Positions 10,374 to 20,824 of a stretch of DNA of 64,000 nt are shown piece after piece. Position numbers and translations under genes: made by a program. The stretch comes from Nitrospinaceae bacterium. GTDB taxonomy: Bacteria; Nitrospinota; Nitrospinia; Nitrospinales; Nitrospinaceae. The notes under the pieces were generated by a model. That model did not search any database. It saw only the letters and a program-made list of their open reading frames with translations, and was not told the origin of the DNA. Position 1 is the stretch's first letter. Each line of letters begins with the position of its first letter. Location of the stretch: the NCBI GenBank assembly GCA_965223665.1, contig OZ245011.1, forward strand, positions 3,648,001 through 3,712,000. The letters are read 5' to 3'.

Positions 10374-10560
10374 TTCCTATCCTCCTTGATGATTTGTGTT
10401 TGCAAACTGGCCTCCCAACCGTTGTCGCAAACTACAGGATTAAAATACTCCGGGTTAGAGCCTCCTATTGCTCGTTCCGGTAAAGATGTTTTCTCAAACA
10501 CCTCCCAAATAAAAATTATTAATGTAAAAAATTCTTTGGATAAACCAAAGGCCACTCTGC

Positions 10561-10587
10561 TTATCGGAGGACTACTTTTGAACTTTA
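10561..10587 (-). promoter_or_regulatory. Sigma28 (FliA) promoter
   Basis: TAAA(GTTC)-N15-TCCGATAA. Confidence 0.8.
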
Positions 10588-10922
10588 GGGGGAATAATTT
10601 AAATTAAGATATCGTGAGGGGACTTGTCTATTTAGTACCTCAAAAACAATCCATTTTAGTTTCGAATAATTTTGAGGTTAAATTTTAAAAAGTTGGTGCA
10701 AATAGGTTTACTCTTTCTTTATTTACACTATTAATGAAAAAGTTTTGTGAAAAAATATAGTAAGGTTGGGAGAGATTAATATTAAGACCTTTCACCACTT
10801 TGGGATTTCCAATTAATCTTTAAAATTAAATGGAAATTCCCAAAGCTAAGGACTTTAAAAAGACCTTAAAATGAAAGGCGGTGTTCAATCCCCAAAAATC
10901 TTGGGAACAAGCTATTCCAAGC

Positions 10923-11771
10923 TTAACCTAACAATTGTAATACGGACTGCGGGATCAAATTAGATTGGCCCACTGCTGCAGTTGCCGTTTCTACTAAAAT
11001 TTGGTTTCTTGTTAACAGTGCAACTTCTTCAGCTATATCAGCATCACGAATAGCTGATTCAGCGGCTTGTAAGTTTTCAACAGATACTCCAAGACTTGAA
11101 ATTGACCGTACCAATCTATTTTGAACCGCCCCAATTTTACCTCGTCCTTGGGTCACCACAGCAATTGCTGAGTTTATAGAATCCAAAGCAGTTAAGGCTG
11201 CTGCTGCAGAGGTAACGGAAAGTGCATCAATTCCTAAGGAAGTTTGGGTGATAGATTGAAGATTAACTTCAGTATTTAAATTAATTCTACTATTTGCAGA
11301 GCTGTCGATTCCAATTTGAATTGAAATTTGAGTTCCAGAAGATGCTAGAGATCCGTCTACTAATTTCTGGCCATTAAATTCAGTGGTAGCTGCAATACGA
11401 TCAATCTCGTTTCTGAGTGCGGAGAACTCTAATTGAATTGTTTGTCGTTCGGTTGAACCAACAGTACCTGTTGCTGCTTGAGAGGCTAACTCACGAAGAC
11501 GAATAAGGATACCAGATTGTTCATTAAGAGCACCTTCCGCAACATTGATTAAGGAAATTCCATCGTTTCCATTTCGGATTCCCTGTCTGAGAGCGCGGAT
11601 GTCGGACCGTAGTCCTTCAGAGATTGCCAAACCTGCGGCATCATCTGCTCCACGGTTAATTCTAATACCCGAAGCAATCCGTTCCACGGATTGTGCAAGT
11701 CTGTCATTGTTGATGCCTAAAATTCTTTGGGAATTTAATGAGGCAATATTATTAAAGATTCGAACTGCCAT
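10923..11771 (-). CDS. fliC: Flagellin (282 aa)
   Basis: Flagellin N- and C-terminal motifs. Confidence 0.95.
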   Translation of the reverse strand: MAVRIFNNIASLNSQRILGINNDRLAQSVERIASGIRINRGADDAAGLAISEGLRSDIRALRQGIRNGNDGISLINVAEGALNEQSGILIRLRELASQAATGTVGSTERQTIQLEFSALRNEIDRIAATTEFNGQKLVDGSLASSGTQISIQIGIDSSANSRINLNTEVNLQSITQTSLGIDALSVTSAAAALTALDSINSAIAVVTQGRGKIGAVQNRLVRSISSLGVSVENLQAAESAIRDADIAEEVALLTRNQILVETATAAVGQSNLIPQSVLQLLG

Positions 11772-11971
11772 TTCCTAATCCTCCACCAAGAGTTGGAATG
11801 TTTTTAATATTATTTAATCGGTTATGATTCCGTTTTGAGCTTTATTTTAGAAACGTCTTTATTACCTCCTTGTGGTTTATTTAGATAATCCTTTTCTAAA
11901 TTTGTTTAGACATTCTCATTTCTGCGTTCAACAATTGAAATGTCTTTTGGGTATACATTGGCTCATGTTCT

Positions 11972-11998
11972 TTATCGGCAAGAAGACTTAGAACTTTA
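11972..11998 (-). promoter_or_regulatory. Sigma28 (FliA) promoter, consensus match
   Basis: TAAA(GTTC)-N15-GCCGATAA. Confidence 0.85.
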
Positions 11999-12025
11999 GG
12001 AATTATTTAAAAAAAATTCAAAAAA

Positions 12026-12763
12026 TTATTTTCGCCAATCTTTTTGTTGAACATGAAGGTTATGAGAGGCAATTTCAGGATGAAGGCTAAGAAAATAAAT
12101 GACTTTTTCCAAGTCGACGATGGATTCAGGCTCGCTATAAAATTTTCCATATAACATTGCGATGAGTTCGAAATCTTTTTCAGTGTCTACTGTCAATCGT
12201 AAATTTATGTTCCTTAGATACCAGGGGGCAGGGATGTTTGAAATTGAAAACTTCTTAGGGTGATCTTGAAACCAGGTGGTTACATGCTCTCTATATTTAT
12301 TTTCTTTAGTTTGGCTCATTATTTTTTTTAAAGCATTTAAGCGAACCATTTCTGTGCCTGTTCCAAGAGGGATAATATCAGGAGTTATTGTATAATCGGC
12401 CTTATCTTTTAGGTGGGTTTGTGCTAATTCTTTTATCAATTCCAAATCTATCAACGGATTATCTCCACATACTCTGAGGGCATGGTCAGTATCAACCGAA
12501 TCACCTGCAAGAACAAATCTTTTGAGAACATCATTTTCGGGCCCTTGAAAATAATTCACATTTGAATTAACTGCTAATTCAATTAACTTTTGTTCTTTTG
12601 TTCCTTCAGGGATTGCCAATACTATTTTGTCAAAAATATCCGTTTTTTTAATTCGATTAATGATATGCTCCAACATCGGGAGGCCCTCTAAAAGTTTTAG
12701 GGATTTTCCCGGTAACCGTTCTGAACCAGTTCGTGATTGAATTATAGCGGCTATTTTTTCCAT
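12026..12763 (-). CDS. SpsF-like cytidylyltransferase (CTP_transf_3)
   Basis: AIIQSRTGSERLPGK, GPENDVLKRF, CGDNPLID, REHVT, RLTVDTEKD. Confidence 0.85.
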   Translation of the reverse strand: MEKIAAIIQSRTGSERLPGKSLKLLEGLPMLEHIINRIKKTDIFDKIVLAIPEGTKEQKLIELAVNSNVNYFQGPENDVLKRFVLAGDSVDTDHALRVCGDNPLIDLELIKELAQTHLKDKADYTITPDIIPLGTGTEMVRLNALKKIMSQTKENKYREHVTTWFQDHPKKFSISNIPAPWYLRNINLRLTVDTEKDFELIAMLYGKFYSEPESIVDLEKVIYFLSLHPEIASHNLHVQQKDWRK

Positions 12764-12819
12764 ATCTTCTCCTTTCCCAAATTCATTATAATTGGGGTTT
12801 ACACTGGGGAAAAATAATT

Positions 12820-13752
12820 ATGAAAAAAATAAATCATCTCATAAAACCTCAAAAACTCCATCCGGGAGATGCCGTAGGTGTGATTGCCCCTTCCGGGCCC
12901 GTAAATTCGGAAGAATTAAGGAAAGGTTTATTAGTATTGGAAAAGATGGGGTTTAAACCCCTTGTTGGAAAATATGTTCATGAAAAAAATCATTTTATAG
13001 CTGGTACGGATGAACAAAGAGCTAAAGATGTAATGGATATGTTTGAGAATCCTGATATTAAAGCAATTTTTTGTGCTCGCGGTGGTTATGGTGTTAATAG
13101 AATCCTCCCCCTGTTGAATAGCAAAGTTATACGAAAAAATCCAAAGCCTCTTGTAGGTTCAAGTGATATTACTCTTCTACTAATTTTTCTTTTACAAAAA
13201 TGTTCGATGGTTTCTTTCCATGGGCCTATGGTTGCAGCCAACTTTGGAAACTTTCAAATGCGTCATTCCAAAAAACATTTTCAGAAATTGTTGATGGAAC
13301 CAGATAATGTTTTGATATCCTGGCCTAAGGCAAAAAATTTAAAATCAGGCAAAGCTGAAGGTCCATTGGTAGGGGGTTGTTTGACATTACTTTGCAGATC
13401 TTTAAAGACCCCTTATGAAATTAAAACTGAAGGATCCATTTTATTTATAGAGGATGTAAATGAGCCCGATTATAAAATTGATGGAATGCTTTGGCATTTG
13501 AAGACCGCGGGAAAGTTTCGTAATGTTAAGGGGATTATTTTTGGAGAAATGGTGAACTGTGGTTCTAAAGGAAAGGGAACCAAAAAATTAAGCTCCTTAT
13601 TTCAGGAGTTTTTTATAAATGAAAAACTTCCCATATTAACCGACTGTCCTATTGGTCACGGGTCCGAAATTTGGACACTTCCTATGGGAAGCCGGGCTGA
13701 ACTTGATTCTGATAAAAAGATAATTACTCTCACGGAACCTGCTTTAATCTAA
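12820..13752 (+). CDS. ldcA: LD-carboxypeptidase (S66 family)
   Basis: CARGGYG, GSSDIT (Ser), FIEDVNE (Glu), IGHG (His). Confidence 0.9.
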   Translation: MKKINHLIKPQKLHPGDAVGVIAPSGPVNSEELRKGLLVLEKMGFKPLVGKYVHEKNHFIAGTDEQRAKDVMDMFENPDIKAIFCARGGYGVNRILPLLNSKVIRKNPKPLVGSSDITLLLIFLLQKCSMVSFHGPMVAANFGNFQMRHSKKHFQKLLMEPDNVLISWPKAKNLKSGKAEGPLVGGCLTLLCRSLKTPYEIKTEGSILFIEDVNEPDYKIDGMLWHLKTAGKFRNVKGIIFGEMVNCGSKGKGTKKLSSLFQEFFINEKLPILTDCPIGHGSEIWTLPMGSRAELDSDKKIITLTEPALI

Positions 13753-13892
13753 ATAATTAGTTATTTTTTTAATATATAGCTTTCCCATTCTGAGTCTCTT
13801 CTAAAAATCACCAATAAAAAGAATAAGTTATTTCGATAAAAATGATTTTAGATAATTATTTGAAGCGAGAATGGCTTTAGATGGAAATTAAG

Positions 13893-13908
13893 TGGCATGA
13901 TACTTGCT
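13893..13908 (+). promoter_or_regulatory. Sigma54 -24/-12 promoter
   Basis: TGGCATGATACTTGCT (GG-N10-GC), about 70 bp upstream of the ATG at 13977. Confidence 0.65.
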
Positions 13909-13976
13909 TTTTGAATACTAAAACTAATTGATAGCGGGTGGCTAAAATACTGTTCCAATAATTTTTGGGGTGCCCA

Positions 13977-14441
13977 ATGGAATATTTTGCAATTTTTTTT
14001 AGTATATTTCTTTTAATTTTGGGTAGTTATTCCTTTATGACTTCTAAAGAAAGGGATAATGCCTTTAAAAAATCTTTGAAATGGCCTTCAGCAAAAGGGC
14101 AAATCCTTTTTTCTGGAACTTGCTTTTTGTACGATTTACCAGACAAGAAAAATAGTGAGTTAACTTTCCCTCAAATATTTTATCGTTATTCAGTTAACGG
14201 TATTTCTTACCGGTCCAATATCCTTCAAATGGAAGGAGCCTCCAATTATACTCAATCTCAAGATATTGATTATTACAAAGTAAAGTATCCCAAAGATGCT
14301 TCTGTTCAGGTTTTTTACAATCCTCAATGTCCAGGAGAAGCTTATATTGAGCCCTCTCAAAATTCTCATTGGATTGATCAGTTGCTAGGAATGTCAATTT
14401 TTATAATTGGCTTTTTAATGGCCTGCAGGTATTACGGTTAA
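13977..14441 (+). CDS. DUF3592 domain membrane protein
   Basis: TM, WPSAKGQI, YRYSVNGISY, VQVFYNPQCPGEA, TM; ATG at 13977 preferred as start. Confidence 0.75.
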   Translation: MEYFAIFFSIFLLILGSYSFMTSKERDNAFKKSLKWPSAKGQILFSGTCFLYDLPDKKNSELTFPQIFYRYSVNGISYRSNILQMEGASNYTQSQDIDYYKVKYPKDASVQVFYNPQCPGEAYIEPSQNSHWIDQLLGMSIFIIGFLMACRYYG

Positions 14442-14551
14442 TTCTTTCTAAATTAAAAATGGATTAAGGTTTAAGTTAAATTAAAACCTTGAATCAAAAA
14501 TTGAATTCAATTGATTCAGAAAAATTAATTTCTTCAATATCCTTAAATTAA

Positions 14552-15577
14552 TTAGAAACCGTACTGTACTGCAAAAATCCATGTGTGATCTTTGTCTTTA
14601 ATGCCTGGGGCCGGTTGAGAATTTTGTTGAAATATATGGGTGAATTTAAAAGACCAATTTTCAGCAAACTGAGAAATCAAGGACGCTTCATTTCGAAGTC
14701 TATATTCTTTGGGGCTTTCGAAATTTGGGTAATAGAGAAAATAATTTGTAAAAAGTAACTGAGTGAAAATTTGGTAAGCTAAATTCACCGCAACCCTGCC
14801 GGATATAAATCGATCATCCATTCCCACTTTTCGATCCTCAGAAAAATAAGTAATACCAAGTTCAATTTCGGCTAAGTTTGCAGCTTGTTTCCAAATTTGA
14901 TAACCCAATCCGGCTCCCACAATAGCACGTAAATTCAGATCCTGAAAATCATCTCTTAATAATTCAACACTTAATACACTATAGATTACCTTTGTAAAAA
15001 AATGATCAAATTTCATGGATCCAAAAGTGTTTCTAGCGGTCATTGCTCCGTTTTGCTCACCATAGTTGTATAAAAATCTAAATGAAAAACGATCACGCTC
15101 CCATTCTCTTTTAGCTTCAGCAGAGACGTTAAAGGTAAACTGGGAGGTGTTTCCTGATTGCAAGGTTCCACCTGAGGCAATAAATCCAGTCCATTTTCCG
15201 GGAGGTTCATTTATAGTTTTTACATTCTTCCAATTTAGACTGACTTTTTCTTTAATGGTCGCCAGCAGGATCCCAAATTGTCCATCTTTTAACATAACCA
15301 GATTTCCGGTAAGAATTGAACCATCGTTTAATTTTATTTTGACTGGTTTTTGAGTTTCGATAAATTTAATTTTTTCGACAGGAATTTTTACAGAATCTGC
15401 AAACCCATTCTTAAACTCCAGTACACCTCCCGCTAACCCCTGTACAGTGCCAAAAAGAACATTACCTTTTCCAAATTCGACCCGATCTGCATAGGAGTAA
15501 ATGGGATTAACAAGAAATAAAGCAAAAGTAACAAGGAATAAAAGGCACGAATAAAAACGTTTGCAATGTTCAATCAC
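14552..15577 (-). CDS. DUF481 family outer-membrane beta-barrel protein
   Basis: Signal peptide, SGNT motif, DDFQDLNLR, amphipathic strands, C-terminal YGF. Confidence 0.75.
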   Translation of the reverse strand: MIEHCKRFYSCLLFLVTFALFLVNPIYSYADRVEFGKGNVLFGTVQGLAGGVLEFKNGFADSVKIPVEKIKFIETQKPVKIKLNDGSILTGNLVMLKDGQFGILLATIKEKVSLNWKNVKTINEPPGKWTGFIASGGTLQSGNTSQFTFNVSAEAKREWERDRFSFRFLYNYGEQNGAMTARNTFGSMKFDHFFTKVIYSVLSVELLRDDFQDLNLRAIVGAGLGYQIWKQAANLAEIELGITYFSEDRKVGMDDRFISGRVAVNLAYQIFTQLLFTNYFLYYPNFESPKEYRLRNEASLISQFAENWSFKFTHIFQQNSQPAPGIKDKDHTWIFAVQYGF

Positions 15578-15737
15578 TGTAAAGGTACCTCCTTATTTGA
15601 ATTTAATTGGTTTTTGGAAATTTCAAGATCCAATTGAGGGAATATTGGTAAGACGAAGTTATTTTATAGTAGATATATAATCAAATGAAGTAGTTTTTTT
15701 TAAAAATTTAACATTAGGAAAATAAACCTGAGCCATT

Positions 15738-16571
15738 CTACGTAGTTCTGACAATAATTCCTTTATTTGCTAGATAAGCTTTGGTTTCTGGAATTGTAAA
15801 TTCTTTAAAATGAAAAATTGATGCCGCTAAAACGGCGTCGGCCTTTCCATTAACCAAGGCTTGATAAAGATGATCTAAATTCCCAGCTCCTCCTGAAGCA
15901 ATAATAGGAATATTTGTTGTTTCTGATACCGATTTATTTAGTTGCACATCGAATCCCTCTTTTGTTCCATCTTGGTCCATGCTCGTAAGTAAAATTTCTC
16001 CGGCACCAAATTGTTCCATTAGTTGAGCCCAGGGAATTACTTGAATACCGGTGGGATTTCTCCCGCCATGAGTAAATACTTCCCATGATGAATGGTTAGG
16101 ACGTTCAAATAGTTTGGGGAATTTATTTTTCCATTCCAGGGTAGGCTCAAATAGAGAAGAGTCTTTTTGAACCCTTTTTGCATCAATAGCAACAACAATG
16201 CATTGACTTCCAAATCGTTGCGCTGCCTCTTGGACAAATTGAGGATTGAATACAGCCGCTGTGTTGATGGCAACCTTATCGGCTCCCGCTTTTAATAAAT
16301 TTCTTATATCCTCCAGTGAACGAACTCCACCACCAACAGTCAAAGGCATGAACACTTGCTCAGCTGTCCGAGAGACAACATCTAAAATAATGTCCCTTTT
16401 CTCATGAGATGCTGTTATGTCTAAGAAAGTAAGCTCATCGGCTCCTTCTTTTTCATAAGCAGCAGCAATTTCGACCGGATCTCCTGCATCGCGAAGATTT
16501 ACAAACTTTACCCCTTTAACTACTCGTCCGTCTTTGACATCTAAGCAAGGAATAATTCGTTTAGCCAGCAT
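15738..16571 (-). CDS. hisF: Imidazole glycerol phosphate synthase cyclase subunit
   Basis: [40 protein letters not shown]. Confidence 0.97.
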   Translation of the reverse strand: MLAKRIIPCLDVKDGRVVKGVKFVNLRDAGDPVEIAAAYEKEGADELTFLDITASHEKRDIILDVVSRTAEQVFMPLTVGGGVRSLEDIRNLLKAGADKVAINTAAVFNPQFVQEAAQRFGSQCIVVAIDAKRVQKDSSLFEPTLEWKNKFPKLFERPNHSSWEVFTHGGRNPTGIQVIPWAQLMEQFGAGEILLTSMDQDGTKEGFDVQLNKSVSETTNIPIIASGGAGNLDHLYQALVNGKADAVLAASIFHFKEFTIPETKAYLANKGIIVRTT

Positions 16572-17295
16572 GGGGTTTAATCCGTTTTATAGCCTGTCGG
16601 TAATCAATGCGTTTGTCGTATAAGGCTTTACCTACAATTACGCCTTGAATGCCAAGGGATTCAATTTTTTGAAGGGCCTCCAGGTCTTCTAAGCGGCTTA
16701 CTCCTCCGGAAGCAATTACAGGTAAGGTAGTGGATTGGGCAAAGGATTGGATACTTTCCAAATTAGGCCCCTGCATCATTCCATCCCGTCCAATATCTGT
16801 AAAAATAAAACCTGCAACACCAAGGGATTCCATTGACTTTGCAAGATCGGTAGCCTTTTGTTCAGATATTTCAACCCAGCCTTTTATTGCCACATTTCCA
16901 TCACGTGCATCAATCCCTACTATTATTTTATTGGGAAATTTTTCACATGCTTCTTTTACAAAGTTTGGGTTTTGGTGTGCAATGGTTCCCAGGATCACTT
17001 TATAGGCACCGGCATTAATATACCCTGCGATAGTATCCATATTACGAATGCCCCCACCCACTTGAATATCCACCGTACTGTTATAAATAATATTTTTAAT
17101 TAACTCTGCATTCACTGGCTTGCCATCGAATGCCCCATCTAAATCTACCACATGAATGAGTTGAGCCCCCTGTTCATCCCAATAGCAAGCCATGGAAAGG
17201 GGGTCATCTGAATATACTGTTTCTTGATCTGCCTTACCTTGTGTTAGTCGAACACAGCGGCCGTTTTTTATATCCACCGCAGGAATAATTCGCAA
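16561..17295 (-). CDS. hisA: ProFAR isomerase
   Basis: [31 protein letters not shown]; probable TTG start at 17295 after a GGAGG RBS. Confidence 0.95.
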   Translation of the reverse strand: MRIIPAVDIKNGRCVRLTQGKADQETVYSDDPLSMACYWDEQGAQLIHVVDLDGAFDGKPVNAELIKNIIYNSTVDIQVGGGIRNMDTIAGYINAGAYKVILGTIAHQNPNFVKEACEKFPNKIIVGIDARDGNVAIKGWVEISEQKATDLAKSMESLGVAGFIFTDIGRDGMMQGPNLESIQSFAQSTTLPVIASGGVSRLEDLEALQKIESLGIQGVIVGKALYDKRIDYRQAIKRIKPHAG

Positions 17296-17431
17296 TGTAT
17301 CCCTCCAAATTTGAAATTTTGTCTGGGGATTATAAGTGGAGTGGGGAGTGGGTGTCAATGAGTGTAAAGGGAAACTTCGACTTTATTATTAGAAAACGGG
17401 GTTTTAACTGAGAATTGTTGAAATTTTAAAA

Positions 17432-17602
17432 CTAGGAGAATTTGGATTGTCCCATTTTTTCGAACATTTTAGGATTTTTGTCAGCTAGCTTTTTTGCTCG
17501 TTTTAGATTTTTTCTAACAATGGAGAGATATTCTTTAATAGTTTGACGTTCTTGTGGATTAAATTCTGCCTGGGTTTGATTGTTGGGGGAAATGGTCTTC
17601 AT
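17432..17602 (-). CDS. Small basic hypothetical protein (56 aa)
   Basis: AGGAG RBS before the ATG at 17602; sigma28-like promoter upstream. Confidence 0.55.
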   Translation of the reverse strand: MKTISPNNQTQAEFNPQERQTIKEYLSIVRKNLKRAKKLADKNPKMFEKMGQSKFS

Positions 17603-17669
17603 TAGGGAGGCTCCTATCACTATCTCATGGTTTTTTTTGGGATATCAAAGTAACTCTACTTTTCAATTT

Positions 17670-17697
17670 GTATCGACCAGGCTTTAGGAAAGCTTTA
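17670..17697 (-). promoter_or_regulatory. Sigma28-like promoter
   Basis: TAAAG...GTCGATAC with a 16-bp spacer. Confidence 0.45.
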
Positions 17698-17781
17698 TTA
17701 ATTTTTAAGGATTGAAGACTTTAAAAAGTTTAAGGTACAATCAAGAGGTCTTTAAAAAAATGCAAAGGTTTTTATAAAATT

Positions 17782-18327
17782 ATGAAAACACTGACTACGA
17801 AATTAAAGGGCTTACTCTTGATTGAACCTGATATCTTTAAAGATGAGCGAGGTTTTTTCATGGAAACCTATAGCCAAAAAAAATATCAATCTGTAGGAGT
17901 TAAAGTTCCTTTTGTTCAGGATAATTTTGCCAGATCTTCAAGGGGAGTTTTGCGGGGGTTGCACTATCAAGTTCAATTTGGCCAGGATAAGTTGGTTTAT
18001 GTGTCACAGGGAGAGGTTTTTGATGTTGTGGTAGATATTCGAAGAGAATCGGAAACCTTTGGTCAATGGGAGGGATTTTCGTTGTCTTCAAGTAATAAGA
18101 GACAATTATTCATCCCTAAGGGTTTTGCACATGGATATTGTGTGGTTTCCGATATTGCAGAATTTCAATATAAATGTTCGGATTATTATCATCCAGAAGA
18201 TGAGGGAGGTTTAATATGGAATGATCCAACGGTTAATATCGAATGGCCAGTACAAAATCCTGTTATTTCTGAAAAAGATTTAAACCTTCCCAAAATAAAT
18301 GAGATTTCTTATCCTGTCCTCGTTTAA
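17782..18327 (+). CDS. rfbC: dTDP-4-dehydrorhamnose 3,5-epimerase
   Basis: DERGFFME, FVQDN, GVLRGLHYQ, GFAHGY, YKCSDYY. Confidence 0.95.
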   Translation: MKTLTTKLKGLLLIEPDIFKDERGFFMETYSQKKYQSVGVKVPFVQDNFARSSRGVLRGLHYQVQFGQDKLVYVSQGEVFDVVVDIRRESETFGQWEGFSLSSSNKRQLFIPKGFAHGYCVVSDIAEFQYKCSDYYHPEDEGGLIWNDPTVNIEWPVQNPVISEKDLNLPKINEISYPVLV

Positions 18328-18329
18328 AT

Positions 18330-18992
18330 TTATTGTAAATTTTCCTTTAGAGCCTGAACAAAGTCGTTGTAAATTTCTCTAATAAATTGCTCAATATCAA
18401 AACTTTTTGAGGGATTTTTTGCTTGAAACCTAATAAGAGCATCGTCAATTTGATTGATTATTTGGTCTTGAAAGGCTGGAGTGTTTTGCATTTCTTTCCA
18501 ATAAATGGCAATCAATTCGTTCATTATTTTTTGAGCAGATGGATTTTCCAGAAATGTATCGTAAGAAAACCCTTTTTGATTGGCACTTTTTAATAAGTTA
18601 TAAATTTTTTGGTTATATTCTTCCCATAAATCATTTCCAAGAAGGATGGCAACGGATTTGGCTAAAGCGGGATAAATTGTTTGCCTAATTTGGCTCTTTT
18701 TGAAGTATGGTTCCAATTTGTGGACGAATAAGCGTCCGACATGGTCTTTTCGTTGACTTTTTTCGGTATTAATAAAATATTGATTTACTAATTTTGGGCA
18801 TTGGTCATCAAAGGCAGATTCAATACATAAATCACAAACTTGAATTGCTTCTTTTTCAGCTATTTCTAGTAGTTCAGACTCCTCCATATCTGGATTTTCC
18901 CTTACTAATTGAAGAGATTTCCGAATAATAACTCTCCGGAATTGTTCCGTACGCTTAGATTCGTCTGGAAATAATGGATTATAATTATTCAC
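18330..18992 (-). CDS. Hypothetical helical protein
   Basis: 220-aa ORF with no recognised motif. Confidence 0.7.
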   Translation of the reverse strand: MNNYNPLFPDESKRTEQFRRVIIRKSLQLVRENPDMEESELLEIAEKEAIQVCDLCIESAFDDQCPKLVNQYFINTEKSQRKDHVGRLFVHKLEPYFKKSQIRQTIYPALAKSVAILLGNDLWEEYNQKIYNLLKSANQKGFSYDTFLENPSAQKIMNELIAIYWKEMQNTPAFQDQIINQIDDALIRFQAKNPSKSFDIEQFIREIYNDFVQALKENLQ

Positions 18993-19153
18993 ATTGAACC
19001 TTTGAAAAAGGTGACTTTAGAGTTTTTAATTAAAAATATATTAAGAAAATTTAACTAAAAACTGCTTATGTTTGGTATTCAAATTACCGATTATTTATAC
19101 ATAAGTATTAATAGCAATTAACTTTAGAGTAATGGTAAATTGGGAAAAATACA

Positions 19154-19984
19154 ATGGAAGTTCAAACGACAACAAATGATGTAAACTTGATAGGCAAAAA
19201 GTCTATTGAAACGCAAATAGAATCTTTATTGTCTGGCGATATCAGTTTGAAAACTCAGGAAGGTGACGTTGTTAAAATTTCTGTAGGATCGGAGAAGTCA
19301 TTCGAGGAATCGGAAACCACCAGCCAGTTTTCCAATGGTAGTGTTCATCAGGAGTTGTCTGTCGTAGCGGTGGCCGCTTCTAAATATTCCTTATACGTAC
19401 AGGGTGATTTAAATGAAGAAGAGATTCGAGCAATTACTCAATTGGCGGAAAAAATAAACCCAATTGCTTCAAATTTTTTTAATTCTGAACAAATCAATTT
19501 AGAAGAATTGACTTCCTCCTTTTCAAATAATTCAGGGGTGATTCAGGCTTTAGAATTAAATTTAGAAAAAAGTGTGACAGCGGTATTTTCGAGTGAAACA
19601 TTTTCTAGGATTCCAACGCAGGTTCCTGCAAATAATCCCACAGAAATTCCAGTGGAAAATAACCCTTTGGCAAACCTGGCTGAGATTAGAAACCCTGTAG
19701 AATTGATCAATGTAACGACAGAAGCAGTTTTTGCTGAGCAAGCTATTTCAGTTTTACAGGAAAAAGAAATTATTCAAACATTGAGAGAATTCTTTAAGTT
19801 CCTACGTGAAAGATTGACTGCTTTTGCTGAAGTAGGACAGCTACCGTTTGAAACTCAAGCCAATCAAAACCAATCACCTGCTTTTGCAGATAATGAAAGT
19901 GATTTTTCTCAGTCAGAGGGAAATCCACCCAATCCAGCCCCTGAATCTCCAACCAAAGCACCTGAAATTGCTATCGATGTTTAA
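19154..19984 (+). CDS. Hypothetical acidic protein (DUF5610-like)
   Basis: LKTQEGDVVKIS...VQGDLNEEEIRAI motif, low-complexity C-terminus. Confidence 0.55.
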   Translation: MEVQTTTNDVNLIGKKSIETQIESLLSGDISLKTQEGDVVKISVGSEKSFEESETTSQFSNGSVHQELSVVAVAASKYSLYVQGDLNEEEIRAITQLAEKINPIASNFFNSEQINLEELTSSFSNNSGVIQALELNLEKSVTAVFSSETFSRIPTQVPANNPTEIPVENNPLANLAEIRNPVELINVTTEAVFAEQAISVLQEKEIIQTLREFFKFLRERLTAFAEVGQLPFETQANQNQSPAFADNESDFSQSEGNPPNPAPESPTKAPEIAIDV

Positions 19985-20049
19985 GTGAGGACATAAAAAG
20001 TAGATTTCGGAAGATTACTTTTTAAAGGAACATTAGAAGAAAAAATGAA

Positions 20050-20808
20050 TTACGGCATTAAGGCTCCATTATTGATATCTAAAGTCTGCCCTGTAATTGA
20101 AACTTGATCGCCGGAAATAAGAAAAGCCACCATTTGGGCAATTTCTTCAGGCTCCGACATTTTTCCCAAGGGAACATCATTCATTGCTTGTTTAAAGGCT
20201 TCATCTTTGGAAATTTTTAGAAAGTCGGCAAAGCTTTGCAAACCTTCATGTGCCATATCTGTGTTTACCCATCCGGGGCATAAGGCATTGACAAGGATTT
20301 TATCTTGAGTTAATTGATTAGAAAGAGAACGCATCAGGCCTAATATCCCAGCTTTAGAAGCACAATAAGCGGAATACCCGGGAACTCCTAATCTAGCCAA
20401 TATTGAAGAAATGAATACAATATGTCGAAACCCAATTGTATTATTTTTTAAGTAGGGAATAGTTTCATGAGCAGTAAAATAGCTTCCCGTTAGATTTGTA
20501 TCTATAATCTCATTCCACCGGTCTGTCTTGCCATATTGGTTTTCTCCGCCAATTCCTGCATTGATGATTACCGCATATAAATTCTTTGGATTGCTTGATT
20601 GCAGGGCTTCTTTGATTTCTTCAGGTTTGCGAATATCACAAGAAAAAGTTTGGTGGTGATTGCTGTTTTGAAAATTTTGAACCGCCTGATCCAGTTTAGT
20701 CCTATTTCTGCCCAGAAGAATAAGATGATATCCTCTTTGATCTAATAAGCTTGCAATGGCTAATCCAATTCCCGAGCCTGCTCCAGTTATAAGAATTTGG
20801 TTTTCCAT
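20050..20808 (-). CDS. Short-chain dehydrogenase/reductase
   Basis: TGAGSGIG, NAG, YCASK. Confidence 0.92.
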   Translation of the reverse strand: MENQILITGAGSGIGLAIASLLDQRGYHLILLGRNRTKLDQAVQNFQNSNHHQTFSCDIRKPEEIKEALQSSNPKNLYAVIINAGIGGENQYGKTDRWNEIIDTNLTGSYFTAHETIPYLKNNTIGFRHIVFISSILARLGVPGYSAYCASKAGILGLMRSLSNQLTQDKILVNALCPGWVNTDMAHEGLQSFADFLKISKDEAFKQAMNDVPLGKMSEPEEIAQMVAFLISGDQVSITGQTLDINNGALMP

Positions 20809-20824
20809 CGGTTTTTAATGGTTG

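Noticed and set aside
10298-10607. 85-aa and 92-aa ORFs over the flagellin leader
   Set aside because: They overlap the sigma28 promoter and GGA-hairpin leader and have no recognisable protein features
7294-11771. Flagellin copies as an assembly duplication or recent gene conversion
   Set aside because: The proteins are similar but synonymous positions differ throughout
19067-19093. Sigma28 promoter before the 19154 ORF
   Set aside because: The -10 (ACCGATTA) is plausible but the -35 match is poor
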